Counted from the stretch's first letter, positions 18,777-29,684 are shown. The stretch: DNA of 64,000 nucleotides from an uncultured Aquimarina sp. (GCA_947492105.1 CANLMN010000004.1:113894-177893), one strand, 5' to 3'. The notes: generated by a model from the letters alone, not told the origin. Numbers and translations: made by a program.

Positions 18777-19172
18777 TTAAGATGGCGCTAATAATACATA
18801 TGGATACATTTCGATATTTCTAAGTATCCAGAAAATCACAATAAAAATCAAGGTAACAATAGGTGTATACGGATGATAGAGATAATTGTAGTATTCTTTT
18901 TGAGTATACTTGTTCACTATCGTTATCACTATATTATAACTTACGACTAGCAGTCCCACTAAGAATAATATATTATATTTGAGTACACCGACAAAGTCAA
19001 AATGCAATAGTTGATGTAAGGCTCTTTGACTACCACATCCGGGACAATATAAACCTGTAACTTCATGAAACGGACATTTAGGAAAAAAATGGGATTCCAT
19101 GGGGTCAAATAAAAAATATAGAGACGCTATTATCATTAATAACATCCCTATAAATATTTTCTTTTTTGACAT
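18777..19172 (-). CDS. DUF2752 membrane protein
   Basis: CPFHEVTGLYCPGCGSQRA motif plus TM helices. Confidence 0.8.
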   Translation of the reverse strand: MSKKKIFIGMLLMIIASLYFLFDPMESHFFPKCPFHEVTGLYCPGCGSQRALHQLLHFDFVGVLKYNILFLVGLLVVSYNIVITIVNKYTQKEYYNYLYHPYTPIVTLIFIVIFWILRNIEMYPYVLLAPS

Positions 19173-19177
19173 ACTAA

Positions 19178-19453
19178 TTAAAACGAACTAGCGATTATCC
19201 CGGCAAAAACAGCTACGTTAATAATTATATAGATGACAACGGCAACAATCCCCGTAATCCCACCTATTAAAGTCCATTTTTTTGCATCCGCAGAAGCACG
19301 AACAGCTTCTTCATAATTCCCCAAATCATAGGCAGAATTTACTTTTGAGGCATGTATAATACCAACAATCCCCAAGGGTAAACAACAAAAAATTGTTACC
19401 AGAATTGATTCTACTAAATAGTTTTTAGGTTTTGGTTGATTACTACTATTCAT
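19178..19453 (-). CDS. CD225/dispanin-family small membrane protein
   Basis: PKNYLVESILVTIFCCLPLGIVGIIHASKV followed by a second TM helix. Commonly paired with DUF2752. Confidence 0.8.
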   Translation of the reverse strand: MNSSNQPKPKNYLVESILVTIFCCLPLGIVGIIHASKVNSAYDLGNYEEAVRASADAKKWTLIGGITGIVAVVIYIIINVAVFAGIIASSF

Positions 19454-19534
19454 AAATTTCTATAAAAATTAACTGATGATACTTTTGATCTATATGATGG
19501 TATTTACTAGACTCCTATTGTATTGTGAACTATT

Positions 19535-19676
19535 ATACCTTAAAAAAAATTAAAGGCTCATAATTAGCGTCTTTTTCTACTATTTTTTCACTATAACATT
19601 AAACCAGAGCCACGGTTATGCTTAAATTTCATAGTTCAAGTTATTTGAGTCTATAATTACATGTTAACTGGAGTAT
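19535..19676. repeat. family-B MITE-like repeat
   Basis: ATACCTTAAAAAAAATTAAAGGCTCATAATTAGCG...CAGAGCCACGGTTATGC...ACATGTTAACTGGAGTAT. Confidence 0.75.
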
Positions 19677-19690
19677 CTTGACTTTTTATT

Positions 19691-19790
19691 TTCTCTAAAA
19701 AAACAGATCAAATTCGTCTATATTTCGATACTTTGCTCAATCTAAGTGCTGCCATAAATTTTAAAAGCCTTTCTCTGGCCAAATTTTATC
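19691..19790. repeat. family-E short repeat (second copy at 25586)
   Basis: TTCTCTAAAAAAACAGATCAAATTCGTCTATATTTCG...AAATTTTATC aligns with 25586-25687. Both copies abut an A or B element. Confidence 0.4.
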
Positions 19791-19922
19791 CCATTTTCAA
19801 TCAAAAACAAAAAGTCCTGATGAATTTTACTAAAATAGTTTAAATATTTTCTACGAATTTAAAAAAGTTTAAACTACTTCGATAAGTTCATTCTTATCTT
19901 TGTTCCACAAAAATACAGATTA

Positions 19923-20480
19923 ATGGTTCAAAAAGGTGATAAAGTTGCAGTTGTTGACGATGATATTTCGGGAATTGTCATAAGTACCGAGGATGATATT
20001 ATTGTAATCGAAGATCAAAATGGTTTCGAAATGAGATTTCATCGATCAGAAGTAGTACAAATTTTAAATGAAGATCTCTTGTATCAAACTCCAGAAAACA
20101 TGCAGCAAATCCTGGAAGAAAAAGAACGACCCAAGAAGCGCACTCTAATCCGTGATACAAAAAAAGAGCGACAACATCCACCTATGGAGGTAGATTTGCA
20201 TATTGATAAACTTATCAAACATTACAAAGAACTATCCAATTATGAAATACTTGATATACAGTTAGAAACTGCAAAACGGCAATTAGCATTTGCTATCCGC
20301 AAACGTATTCAAAGAGTAATCTTTATACACGGTGTCGGAGCTGGAGTTCTAAAAAGTGAATTAGAATATCACTTTCAAAAATATGATGGCATCAAAATTA
20401 CTGATGGTGACTATAAAAAATATGGTCTAGGTGCCATGGAAATTTACATTCCACAATATGTTACCGAATTGGAATATTAA
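19923..20480 (+). CDS. Smr-domain protein
   Basis: C-terminal Smr pattern MEVDLHIDKL...RVIFIHGVGAGVLKSEL. Confidence 0.8.
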   Translation: MVQKGDKVAVVDDDISGIVISTEDDIIVIEDQNGFEMRFHRSEVVQILNEDLLYQTPENMQQILEEKERPKKRTLIRDTKKERQHPPMEVDLHIDKLIKHYKELSNYEILDIQLETAKRQLAFAIRKRIQRVIFIHGVGAGVLKSELEYHFQKYDGIKITDGDYKKYGLGAMEIYIPQYVTELEY

Positions 20481-20582
20481 AGTCTATTCTTATCTAAAGC
20501 TATTTTTTATGGAACGGCTACTATAATGTAATATTTCTGTATTTTTGAGCATCAAATAACTAGCAACACTAAAAAATACTTC

Positions 20583-21200
20583 ATGAAAATTGTAGCCATT
20601 GGAAAAAACTATGTTAATAGCACCGAAGAATTAACAACCATATCTAAAGATGGACCACTCATCATTTTTACTAAACCAGAATCAAGCTTAGTACAAAACA
20701 ATGAAGACGTTCCTTTTCCAACTTTTACTAATGACTTACGCTATGAAGTAGAATTGGTTTTGAAAATCGGCAAAAAAGGAAAGAATATATCAGAACAAGA
20801 AGCTCACTCCTATATCGAATCTATAGCGGTAGGTATCGACTATACTGCCAAAGATATTCTGAACACGTACAGAGCTATCAAAGGTCCTTGGGACTTGGCA
20901 AAAGGATTTGATGGTGCAGCCCCGATCTCCAGCTTCAAAGCTATCTCTAATTTCCCTGATCTTGGTAACATTAACTTTGATCTAAAAATCAATGATACGC
21001 AAGTACAAATAGGAAATACAGGTCTTATCATCACTAATTTTGCTACAATCATTGCTTTTATTTCAAAATATATGACCTTAGAACCTGGAGATTTAATTTT
21101 TACAGGGACTCCTGCTTCAGGAACAGGACAAATACATAAAGGAGACCATTTACAAGCCAGTATTGAGGGTGACTTATTACTGGATTTTAAGATGTTGTAA
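20583..21200 (+). CDS. fumarylacetoacetate hydrolase (FAH) family protein
   Basis: KIVAIGKNY, LRYEVELVLKIGKKGK, GIDYTAKD, KGFDGAAPIS, GDLIFTGTPAG-like motif. Confidence 0.85.
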   Translation: MKIVAIGKNYVNSTEELTTISKDGPLIIFTKPESSLVQNNEDVPFPTFTNDLRYEVELVLKIGKKGKNISEQEAHSYIESIAVGIDYTAKDILNTYRAIKGPWDLAKGFDGAAPISSFKAISNFPDLGNINFDLKINDTQVQIGNTGLIITNFATIIAFISKYMTLEPGDLIFTGTPASGTGQIHKGDHLQASIEGDLLLDFKML

Positions 21201-21218
21201 TCTGCGAGTATCTATTGA

Positions 21219-21257
21219 AAAAACCAGAGCTCTATAAAAAGAACTCTGGTTTTTTCA
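21219..21257 (+). terminator. intrinsic terminator after the FAH gene
   Basis: AAAAAACCAGAGCTC-tataaaaa-GAACTCTGGTTTTTT. Confidence 0.7.
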
Positions 21258-21423
21258 ATGTACACTTTCTAAGGAGTTATTCTTTTTTTGATAAGCATCT
21301 CTATTTTTAATAGATAGCATGCCTTTAAAACAAACAAAATCCTTTTTCTTACGCTCTTATTTCACTAAAAAATTAGCGATTAGAAAACATCCTAAATTTC
21401 CATATATTCAAAAAAAAGATTCT

Positions 21424-22440
21424 ATGAATATTAATGACAAATCTCGATCTACTAGCTATAGCCCGTCAAAAACACGCTATGACTATATGCACTACAACCG
21501 GGCCGGAAAAAGTGGGATACAATTACCTGCAATTTCGATTGGTTTATGGCACAATTTCGGCTTTGTAGACTCGCTTCAAAATGGACGACATATTCTAAGA
21601 ACAGCCTTTGACCTAGGAATTACTCATTTTGATCTTGCTAATAACTATGGGCCACCCTATGGGTCAGCTGAAGAAACTTTTGGCACTATCTTTCGCAAAG
21701 ATTTTGAACCCTACAGAGATGAACTTTTTATTGCGACCAAAGCTGGGTTTGATATGTGGCCTGGACCCTACGGAAATTGGGGATCTAGAAAATATTTGAT
21801 AGCCAGTCTGGACCAAAGTTTAAAACGCATGGGACTAGATTATGTTGATATTTTCTATCATCATCGTTATGATCCTGATACACCTCTAGAAGAAACAATG
21901 CTTGCATTGGCAGATATTGTACGACAAGGCAAGGCACTATATGTAGGGATTTCTAATTATCCAGCAGAAGCATCTGCAAAAGCAACAGCATTATTACGGG
22001 AATTAAAAGTTCCATTTATCCTACAGCAAGAGAAATATTCCATTCTTGAACGCACTATTGAACAAGGAATTCTTGATACTATTACAAAAAATGATCTCGG
22101 ATGTATTGTATTTTCGCCTTTGGCTCAAGGAATGTTGACAAATAAATATCTAGAAGGTATTCCGGCTAATTCACGTGCCTCCAAAGATCTCACCTACTTG
22201 GATACAACGCTAGTAAAAAAAAATCTTAACAAAATACAGCATCTCTCAGAAATTGCTTCACAAAGAGGGCAAAAACTTTCTCAGATGGCAATAGCGTGGT
22301 TATTAGACAAACCGCAAATTACTTCGGTACTTATCGGCGCCAGCTCACCAGAACAGCTTCAAGAAAATGTACAGTCACTAGAAAATTTAACTTTCACTGA
22401 TGAAGAAATAGCTTCTATTCATGCTATTTCGAACAAATAA
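21424..22440 (+). CDS. aldo/keto reductase, YghZ/Gpr-like (L-glyceraldehyde-3-phosphate reductase type)
   Basis: RYDYMHYNRAGKSGIQLPAISIGLWHNFG matches the YghZ-type N-terminus. The track start at 21319 adds 35 implausible residues and overlaps terminator-proximal sequence, so I prefer the ATG at 21424. Confidence 0.8.
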   Translation: MNINDKSRSTSYSPSKTRYDYMHYNRAGKSGIQLPAISIGLWHNFGFVDSLQNGRHILRTAFDLGITHFDLANNYGPPYGSAEETFGTIFRKDFEPYRDELFIATKAGFDMWPGPYGNWGSRKYLIASLDQSLKRMGLDYVDIFYHHRYDPDTPLEETMLALADIVRQGKALYVGISNYPAEASAKATALLRELKVPFILQQEKYSILERTIEQGILDTITKNDLGCIVFSPLAQGMLTNKYLEGIPANSRASKDLTYLDTTLVKKNLNKIQHLSEIASQRGQKLSQMAIAWLLDKPQITSVLIGASSPEQLQENVQSLENLTFTDEEIASIHAISNK

Positions 22441-22532
22441 AAATATTCAAAAGCGCATTAGTATCATTTTAGGAATAACAATAATGCGCTTTTGAAAACT
22501 TCTACCAATCTCGTACTCCTTTTACTGCTATA

Positions 22533-22620
22533 ATACCATTTGTTGTTTGAATTTACCAGAAGGAAAAATTAAGCTTTTTTTGTGTCAGCTTCAGCAGAAA
22601 AATCAAAGGATAAATGGTAT
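22533..22620. repeat. family-A repeat, internally deleted (88 bp)
   Basis: ATACCATTTGTTGTTTGAATTTACCAGAAGGAAAAATTAAGCTTTTTTTGTGTCAGCTTCAGCAGAAA joins to AATCAAAGGATAAATGGTAT. Both termini are kept and the centre is lost. Confidence 0.75.
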
Positions 22621-22647
22621 AAATTACACTTACAACAAAAGAATCCC

Positions 22648-23826
22648 TTATGCATTACCACGCCATTTTTTGGTAAGCTCAAAAACATGTTTCAAAATTT
22701 TTTGATCTTGTTCTGTAAATTCGAGTGTTCGTCTGGCCATTACAACTTTGGCTACTTCAAATGCTTTTTTGGTTAAAAACGTAACAAAACCGCTACTACC
22801 TCCCCAACTAAAACTTGGTATAAAATTACGAGGAAAACCACCTCCAAAAATATTCGCACTCACACCCACTACAGTTCCAGTATTGAACATTGTATTAATT
22901 CCGCATTTGGAATGGTCCCCCATCATCAGACCGCAAAATTGCAAACCAGTTTTGGCAAAACCCTCTGTTTCATAACTCCATAAGCGTACTGAAGCATAAT
23001 TATTTTTAAGGTTCGAGTTATTACTATCCGCTCCCAAGTTACACCATTCCCCTAATACAGAGTTTCCCAAAAACCCATCATGCCCTTTATTAGAGTATCC
23101 AAAAACAACCGAATTACTAACCTCTCCTCCAACTTTTGAGTGCGGACCGACTGTAGTACCAGTATATATTTTTGCTCCCATTTTTACGGTAGCATGCTCA
23201 CATAATGCAAAAGGTCCTCTGATCATACTCCCTTCCATGATTTCTGCATCTTTTCCAATATAAATCGGCCCTTTACTTGCATTAAGTATTGCAAATTCTA
23301 ATTTGGCTCCTTCTTCGACAAATATATTTTCTCTACCCAAAACTTGATTACTTTGAGGAATCTGTTGACTTTCTCTTCCGTCAGTCAACAAAGCAAAATC
23401 TTGACGAATGGCTGCTTCATTTTTTGCAAAGATATCCCAAGTTTGTTTTACCGTTAGCCCATCCTCTGTATCTAAAGGAAAAATTTCATACGAATCAAAA
23501 TCTACTTCTTGATCCTCTTTGGTATAAAAAGCAACTGGTTCTTCTCCATCAAAAATAGCTTGTTGCGGACTCAAATGTTCAATCATTTTGACCAAACTAG
23601 GTGTCGGCAAATAAGAGGCATTGATCATAATATTGATCTCTAACTCTACCATTGGGTATTTTTCTTCCAAATAGTCTTCTGTAACGGTAGAAATTGTATA
23701 CCCTAGGTGTTTCTCCCATTTTTCGCGGATGGTCAATATTCCAATACGTATTTCTGCTACTGGACGCGTAAAAGTAAACGGTAATAACGCTTCTCTAGAA
23801 GGTCCATCAAAAAGTATGTAATTCAT
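22648..23826 (-). CDS. GlmU-family putative sugar-phosphate nucleotidyltransferase (left-handed beta-helix C-terminus)
   Basis: The N-terminus MNYILFDG...LPFTFTRPVAEIRIGILTIREKWE and hexapeptide repeats match the Bacteroidota GlmU-family protein. Confidence 0.7.
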   Translation of the reverse strand: MNYILFDGPSREALLPFTFTRPVAEIRIGILTIREKWEKHLGYTISTVTEDYLEEKYPMVELEINIMINASYLPTPSLVKMIEHLSPQQAIFDGEEPVAFYTKEDQEVDFDSYEIFPLDTEDGLTVKQTWDIFAKNEAAIRQDFALLTDGRESQQIPQSNQVLGRENIFVEEGAKLEFAILNASKGPIYIGKDAEIMEGSMIRGPFALCEHATVKMGAKIYTGTTVGPHSKVGGEVSNSVVFGYSNKGHDGFLGNSVLGEWCNLGADSNNSNLKNNYASVRLWSYETEGFAKTGLQFCGLMMGDHSKCGINTMFNTGTVVGVSANIFGGGFPRNFIPSFSWGGSSGFVTFLTKKAFEVAKVVMARRTLEFTEQDQKILKHVFELTKKWRGNA

Positions 23827-23896
23827 TGTTGATTTGTATTTTTACAGCTCTAAAACTATTTTAGCTTTCTAACAAAAATAAGTAACTTTAGTCCAT

Positions 23897-23933
23897 CAAA
23901 AAAGCCTTTTGGAAGATTCCAAAAGGCTTTTTC
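23897..23933. terminator. bidirectional hairpin terminator downstream of rpmE
   Basis: AAAAAGCCTTTTGG-aagatt-CCAAAAGGCTTTTT. Confidence 0.8.
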
Positions 23934-23956
23934 AAATATATAACTGTAAGACTAAA

Positions 23957-24208
23957 TTATTTTTTAAATTTAGCGTATTTGTTCTTGAACTTATCAATTC
24001 GACCTGCAGTATCGATAAGTTTTGATTTTCCTGTATAAAACGGATGAGATGTTCTAGAGATTTCTAGCTTTACTAATGGATACTCTACACCTTCAACTTC
24101 TAAAGTTTCTTTAGTGTTTGCTGTTGATTTTGTTAAGAATACCTCGTCATTTGACATATCCTTAAATGCTACTAATCTATAATTATCTGGGTGAATATCT
24201 TTTCTCAT
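23957..24208 (-). CDS. rpmE: 50S ribosomal protein L31, type B
   Basis: [17 protein letters not shown]...HPFYTGK. The CxxC zinc motif is absent. Confidence 0.95.
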   Translation of the reverse strand: MRKDIHPDNYRLVAFKDMSNDEVFLTKSTANTKETLEVEGVEYPLVKLEISRTSHPFYTGKSKLIDTAGRIDKFKNKYAKFKK

Positions 24209-24503
24209 GATTATCGTTGTCTATTTTTGAGATTGCAAATTTAATAATTTTCATTTAAATAACAATAGTCTACAGCAAAATTATCCAAAAAATATAATCT
24301 TCTCTCATTTTTCACCAACGGAAAATAATTTTATTAAAAAAAATCATTTTTTTTCAAAATGTAAGAAAGCCGCAAAAGACTTTGAGTAAAACACTTGAAC
24401 TACCACTAAGTCTTCCTACAAAAATCAAAAGCAGAATTCGAAAAAAACCTTGTAATGCACCGTGATTAACGGCGACTTATTTAACAACTAAAACTTCATA
24501 ATT

Positions 24504-25304
24504 ATGAAAAACATACAACTTTTACTCGTAACTCTTCTTACAACAGCCTTTAGCACTTTATCATATGCGCAGACCTTATCTATAGCCAAAGTAAATTCCG
24601 TCCAAAGCTATAATTCACAATCCACACAAAACAACTCCAATACTAGAGAAAAATTAGATTATGCACTTTGGCAAGATTTATTACAAACACATGTTTCTAG
24701 ATCTGGTGTTGTTAATTATGGTGGATTCAAAAAAGATGTGGTGAAATTAAATGCCTTCCTCAGACAACTCTCCACAGCTAAAATTACTAGTAGTTGGTCC
24801 AAAAATGATAAAATAGCATATTGGATAAATACCTATAATGCCTATACAGTAAAACTTATACTAAACTATCTTCCTGTAAATAGCATCAAGGAAATTGATA
24901 ATCCTTGGAAAAAATCATTTTTTAGCATTAACAATAAAACAATGAATCTTGCGACCATAGAACATGATATTCTAAGAGATTTTAAAGACCCTAGAATACA
25001 TTTTGCGATTAATTGTGCATCGGCATCTTGCCCAAAATTACTAAGAGAACCATACAAAGCTCACAATCTAGAACGCCTATTAGAACAACAAACAACTAAT
25101 TTTATCAACGATCCTTTTCATAATACAATTTCTCCGTATGCGGTTCGTGTTTCCAAAATATTTGATTGGTACAAAAAAGATTTTAAAGAGACTCATGGTA
25201 GTGTCACCAGCTTTATTAATCAATATAGCAAATCACTTATAGTAGATCAAAAAGACAAAGGTTATAAGGAATACGATTGGACTATTAATTCTGTTGCCTA
25301 TTAA
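24504..25304 (+). CDS. DUF547 domain protein with signal peptide
   Basis: AYWINTYNAYTVKLIL...IHFAINCASASCPKL is the DUF547 pattern. Confidence 0.8.
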   Translation: MKNIQLLLVTLLTTAFSTLSYAQTLSIAKVNSVQSYNSQSTQNNSNTREKLDYALWQDLLQTHVSRSGVVNYGGFKKDVVKLNAFLRQLSTAKITSSWSKNDKIAYWINTYNAYTVKLILNYLPVNSIKEIDNPWKKSFFSINNKTMNLATIEHDILRDFKDPRIHFAINCASASCPKLLREPYKAHNLERLLEQQTTNFINDPFHNTISPYAVRVSKIFDWYKKDFKETHGSVTSFINQYSKSLIVDQKDKGYKEYDWTINSVAY

Positions 25305-25585
25305 TTTTTTACTTTGCACAACATCAAATACCCCCATAAGACACTATATATGACTACAAAATTATCTTTCTACAGCAGTGATTTTATACTAGTACTAGGA
25401 TCTGACTTGAGTCCAAAACATATTATAAACTAGATTATTTCATTTTTCATCTCCTATGAGGTGAAATTTTATTTTTAATATAGCAAAAACTCAAAAAATC
25501 TAAATTCACAAAATACTTTATCCTAAGTATCCTACAAACTACAGACCTAAAAAGTAATAATATCGCACTCATCCTAACTTTCTCT

Positions 25586-25687
25586 TTTTCCTAAAAAACG
25601 GATCAAATTTTCCCATATTCTGTTACTCGTCCAATTCGTAGTACTGGTAAGAATTTCAAAAAATGTCTTAGTTAATCGAATTTTATC
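25586..25687. repeat. family-E short repeat (second copy)
   Basis: TTTTCCTAAAAAACGGATCAAATTTTCCCATATTCTG...GAATTTTATC aligns with 19691-19790. Confidence 0.4.
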
Positions 25688-25705
25688 TAAGGTCGATAAC
25701 AAAAG

Positions 25706-25870
25706 ATATCCCATTGGTTGTCTGAATTTACCCGAAAGAAAAATTAATGTTTTTTTGTTGCAGTTTCAGTAGAAACATCAAGCATAGCCTTCGTTACGGT
25801 TTATTATAATACTGAAAATGAGGCGAAAAAAGAAACTTTTATCCCAGTAAATTCAAAGGATAAGTGGTAT
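25706..25870. repeat. family-A MITE-like repeat, intact
   Basis: ATATCCCATTGGTTGTCTGAATTTACCCGAAAGAAAAATTAATG...CAAGCATAGCCTTCGTTACGG...CCCAGTAAATTCAAAGGATAAGTGGTAT. Confidence 0.8.
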
Positions 25871-26373
25871 CAGAAGGAATTTATCATTTTGGTTTTTAAG
25901 TTTGTCAAAAAACACAATTTTTATAAAAGTATGTTTTTTGAATTTTGGAGACCACCTCCCTTTTTAGTTCTAAATTTTAATGTATCCCCGATATCGCCCC
26001 CCTCTCCTAGCATATATACCATTATTTATATAAAAACAGCTAATGTTATTTTCTTAGAAAGAAGAACTAATTTGCGATACCTCTTATACCATCTATTTCT
26101 ACTCGTTTTTAGGTTTTTGATAGAGCACCACAAAATGATCTTGATTTTGTGAAAATTTCTAAGTTATACCCGTTAAAATGCAATTTTAGGTTAAAATATT
26201 TTTTTTTAAATGGTATTAAACTCACATCACAACGAAACTGCAATTCACGAAGAACTATACCCGTAAAAAAACAAAAAACAGATTTTCTATTAGCCAACCA
26301 AAAGTTTGACCGAGATCACTATCTTTGTTTATTCATTACAACGTACGAAGCTCCACTAATTTTATTTTAAAAC

Positions 26374-26895
26374 ATGGAAAATACAACAACAGCGCTAAGC
26401 AAAAAACACATACTTAACTACGGTCTGCTACTAGGACTGGTATCGGTGCTTTTTGGTGTGATTATCTACATTACCAATAGTTATACACAACAAAGCTGGG
26501 TTATTTCTATTGCTGGATTTGCCATTCTTATTGCTTCAATTGTACTAGGCATTAATGGATTCAAAAAAGAAAACAACAATCTACTATCATTATCACAAGC
26601 CCTAAAAGTAGGGATTGGGATTGCTACGATTGGTGGACTTATAGGAGCCGCTTGGATGTACATATTGATGAATTATATCGAGCCAGACATGGTCAACCAG
26701 ATAGTCAATGCAGCAGAAGAGCAAATGATCGAACAAAATCCAAATATGACCGAAGCACAAATAGAAACGGCTATTGAAATAACGAGAAAATTTACGTCTC
26801 CAGGAATTAACACTGCAATCTCCTTAATAGGAAACCTCTTTTTTGGTTTCATCATCTCCATTTTTGCAGGTTTGATCATGAAAAAAGAGTCTTAA
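26374..26895 (+). CDS. DUF4199 membrane protein
   Basis: Four TM segments, size, and position directly upstream of a GT2 gene, as is usual in Bacteroidota. Confidence 0.7.
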   Translation: MENTTTALSKKHILNYGLLLGLVSVLFGVIIYITNSYTQQSWVISIAGFAILIASIVLGINGFKKENNNLLSLSQALKVGIGIATIGGLIGAAWMYILMNYIEPDMVNQIVNAAEEQMIEQNPNMTEAQIETAIEITRKFTSPGINTAISLIGNLFFGFIISIFAGLIMKKES

Positions 26896-26899
26896 ATTA

Positions 26900-27847
26900 A
26901 TGAACCTCTCTATCATCATACCTTTACTCAACGAAGAAGAATCGTTGAATGAACTATATCGTTGGATCACCAAAGTGATGCAAGATTATAAACTGTCATA
27001 CGAAATTCTATTTATAGATGACGGCAGCACAGATGACTCCTGGAAGACTATCACAAAGCTTTCGAATCAAGACACCCAGGTAAAAGGTATTCGGTTTCTA
27101 AAAAACTTTGGAAAATCACAGGCACTACATGCTGGCTTTGCTGCCTCTGAAGGAGATGTTGTCATAACTATGGATGCCGATCTACAAGACAACCCCGAAG
27201 AAATTCCAGAAATGTATAAAATGATATATGATCAAAAGTATGATCTTATTTCTGGTTGGAAGAAAAAACGCTACGACTCTGTCATTGCCAAAAATATCCC
27301 TTCCAAATTATTCAATGCCGCAGCACGAAAAACTTCTGGCGTACAATTACATGATTTTAATTGTGGTCTAAAAGCTTTTCGAAAAGAAGTTGTCAAAAAT
27401 ATTGATGTCAATGGCGAAATGCACCGCTATATCCCCGTATTAGCCAAAAATGCTGGTTACAACAAAATAGGTGAAAAAATCGTACAACATCAAGCACGTA
27501 AATATGGTAAAACCAAATTTGGAATGGAGCGATTTATCAATGGCTTCTTGGACCTAGTAACAATTTGGTTCATTTCTCGATTTGGAAAACGTCCAATGCA
27601 TTTTTTTGGATTAATTGGAACATTTCTATTTATCAGTGGATTTTGTATTTCTTTGTTTCTAGGCATCGACAAACTGTTTATTGACAAAACAGCAAGACTA
27701 ATTACGCAGCGCCCCGAGTTCTATATAGCACTCACTACCATGGTGCTAGGAACGCAATTTTTTCTTGCTGGCTTTTTGGGAGAAATTGTACTAAGAAGTA
27801 AAGAACAAAAAATACGATATAAAATTCTACAAAAAACAAATCTATAA
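26900..27847 (+). CDS. family-2 glycosyltransferase (polyprenol-phosphate sugar transferase-like)
   Basis: LSIIIPLLNEEESL, FIDDGSTDDS, ITMDADLQD, and C-terminal TM helices. Confidence 0.85.
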   Translation: MNLSIIIPLLNEEESLNELYRWITKVMQDYKLSYEILFIDDGSTDDSWKTITKLSNQDTQVKGIRFLKNFGKSQALHAGFAASEGDVVITMDADLQDNPEEIPEMYKMIYDQKYDLISGWKKKRYDSVIAKNIPSKLFNAAARKTSGVQLHDFNCGLKAFRKEVVKNIDVNGEMHRYIPVLAKNAGYNKIGEKIVQHQARKYGKTKFGMERFINGFLDLVTIWFISRFGKRPMHFFGLIGTFLFISGFCISLFLGIDKLFIDKTARLITQRPEFYIALTTMVLGTQFFLAGFLGEIVLRSKEQKIRYKILQKTNL

Positions 27848-27920
27848 AAACAACGGATATTCATCGCATCTAGCCTATTATAGCGAACTATTTTATATTT
27901 TTACGATACAAAACATACTC

Positions 27921-29648
27921 ATGCAAAAATTAGATACCACTACACAAGCAAAAATTAATGAATGGATGACTCCTGTTTTTGATGAAAAAACACAGGAAAC
28001 TATCAAAAAAATGATTGATAATGATCCCACAACCCTACAAGAATCTTTTTACAAAGATCTAGAATTTGGTACTGGTGGTATGCGTGGTATTATGGGAGTA
28101 GGCACCAATCGTATCAACAAATATACACTTGGCAAAAGTACTCAAGGGCTGAGCAACTATTTATTGCGCAATTTTGAGGAGCAGCCAAAAGCAGTCATTG
28201 CCTATGATTGTCGTAACAATAGTGATACCCTCGCCAAAACAGTAGCAGATGTATTTTCTGCAAACGGAATTCAAGTCTACTTATTCTCCAGTTTGCGCCC
28301 AACTCCAGAATTATCGTTTGCGGTAAAACATTTACAATGTCATTGTGGTATTGTACTTACCGCTAGTCATAATCCTCCGGAGTATAATGGATACAAAGTA
28401 TACTGGGAAGATGGTGGGCAATTAGTACCGCCACAAGATCAAGAAATCGTCACAGAAATCAATACACTTGAATATGCTGCTGTCAAATTTGATAGTAATC
28501 CTGACTTGATTACTTATATTGACAAGGAAGTCGATGATGCGTTTATCAAAGAAAGTGTCAAAAACGGTAGTAATGCAGCATCTCAAGAAGCAAAGGATGC
28601 CGTAAAAATAGTTTTCACCTCACTACACGGAACATCTATTACCGCTGTGCCCCAAACATTGGCGCAAGCCGGTTACAAAAATGTGCATATTGTACCTGAA
28701 CAAGAAAAACCTGATGGTAATTTCCCAACAGTAGTATCACCAAACCCCGAAGAACCAGAAGCATTGGCCATGGCAACTGCTCTTGCAGAAAAAGAAGGTG
28801 CAGATATTGTAATAGGCACAGATCCAGATTGTGACAGATTAGGGATTGCAGTACGCAATACCAAAGGAGATCTTGAACTCCTTAATGGTAATCAAACCAT
28901 GATCGTTATGACGTGGTTCTTATTAGAACAATACAAAAAACAACAAGGTATCAAAGGCAATGAGTTTGTAGCATCTACCATTGTTTCCACTCCTATGATG
29001 CGGGTACTAGCTAATGCATATGATGTAGAATACAAAGAAGTCTTGACCGGATTTAAGTGGATCGCTAAACTTATCAAAGATTTTCCAGAACAACATTTTA
29101 TTGGTGGTGGAGAAGAAAGTTTTGGATACATGGTAGGAGATTTTGTTCGAGATAAGGACGCAGTTACTGCTACCCTACTTGCTTGTGAAATTGTTGCCTA
29201 CACCAAAGCACAGGGAAGCTCTTTCTATAAAAAACTCCTAGAACTTTATGTGGCACATGATTGCTATAAAGAACATCTAGTTTCGCTAGTAAAAAAAGGC
29301 ATTGAAGGTGCTGAAGAAATTAAACAAATGATGATTGATTTGCGCAAAAATCCATTAACGGAAATCGATGGATCCAAAGTAGTTCTCATTGAAGATTATC
29401 AAACCAGTATCGCTACCAACACGCAAGATGGCACAGAAACTGTAATGGATATTCCCAAAGCAAATGTATTAATATATTACACAGAAGATGGCAGCAAAAT
29501 TGCGGCACGTCCGAGTGGTACGGAACCCAAAATAAAATTCTACATGAGTGTCGTAGCGCCTCTTGAAAAAACGCAAGATTATTCAGCTATACAACAGCAA
29601 TTGGATGCAAAAATCGTGCGTATAAAAGAAGTCCTGAAACTCACCTAA
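27921..29648 (+). CDS. phospho-sugar mutase (phosphoglucomutase/phosphomannomutase family)
   Basis: Active-site TASHNPPEYNGYK, metal loop GTDPDCDR, GGEESFG. Confidence 0.9.
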   Translation: MQKLDTTTQAKINEWMTPVFDEKTQETIKKMIDNDPTTLQESFYKDLEFGTGGMRGIMGVGTNRINKYTLGKSTQGLSNYLLRNFEEQPKAVIAYDCRNNSDTLAKTVADVFSANGIQVYLFSSLRPTPELSFAVKHLQCHCGIVLTASHNPPEYNGYKVYWEDGGQLVPPQDQEIVTEINTLEYAAVKFDSNPDLITYIDKEVDDAFIKESVKNGSNAASQEAKDAVKIVFTSLHGTSITAVPQTLAQAGYKNVHIVPEQEKPDGNFPTVVSPNPEEPEALAMATALAEKEGADIVIGTDPDCDRLGIAVRNTKGDLELLNGNQTMIVMTWFLLEQYKKQQGIKGNEFVASTIVSTPMMRVLANAYDVEYKEVLTGFKWIAKLIKDFPEQHFIGGGEESFGYMVGDFVRDKDAVTATLLACEIVAYTKAQGSSFYKKLLELYVAHDCYKEHLVSLVKKGIEGAEEIKQMMIDLRKNPLTEIDGSKVVLIEDYQTSIATNTQDGTETVMDIPKANVLIYYTEDGSKIAARPSGTEPKIKFYMSVVAPLEKTQDYSAIQQQLDAKIVRIKEVLKLT

Positions 29649-29684
29649 TTTTTTAAAACACTTGTTGGTGTCACCAACCCTTTA

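Noticed and set aside
21319-21423. N-terminal extensions implied by the track starts at 21319, 54040, 59820, 59898 and 57399
   Set aside because: Internal ATGs give canonical N-termini or signal peptides (21424, 53992, 59688, 59919, 57414). The extensions are hydrophobic junk or begin at non-ATG codons.
22582-22776. 64-aa ORF spanning the family-A repeat and the 3' end of the GlmU-like gene
   Set aside because: It starts inside a repeat copy and runs antisense into a well-supported gene, so it is spurious.
24209-24300. Possible Zur-type operator upstream of the type-B L31 gene (AT-rich pseudo-palindrome AATTTAATAATTTTCATT)
   Set aside because: The symmetry is poor and indistinguishable from AT-rich background. 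Type-B L31 is the usual sole copy in Bacteroidota, so zinc regulation is not implied.
25889-26370. Three short overlapping ORFs (25889..26152, 26109..26297, 26149..26370)
   Set aside because: They are mutually overlapping on both strands, Phe/Leu/Lys-rich and without motifs. I treat the region as intergenic sequence upstream of the DUF4199 gene.
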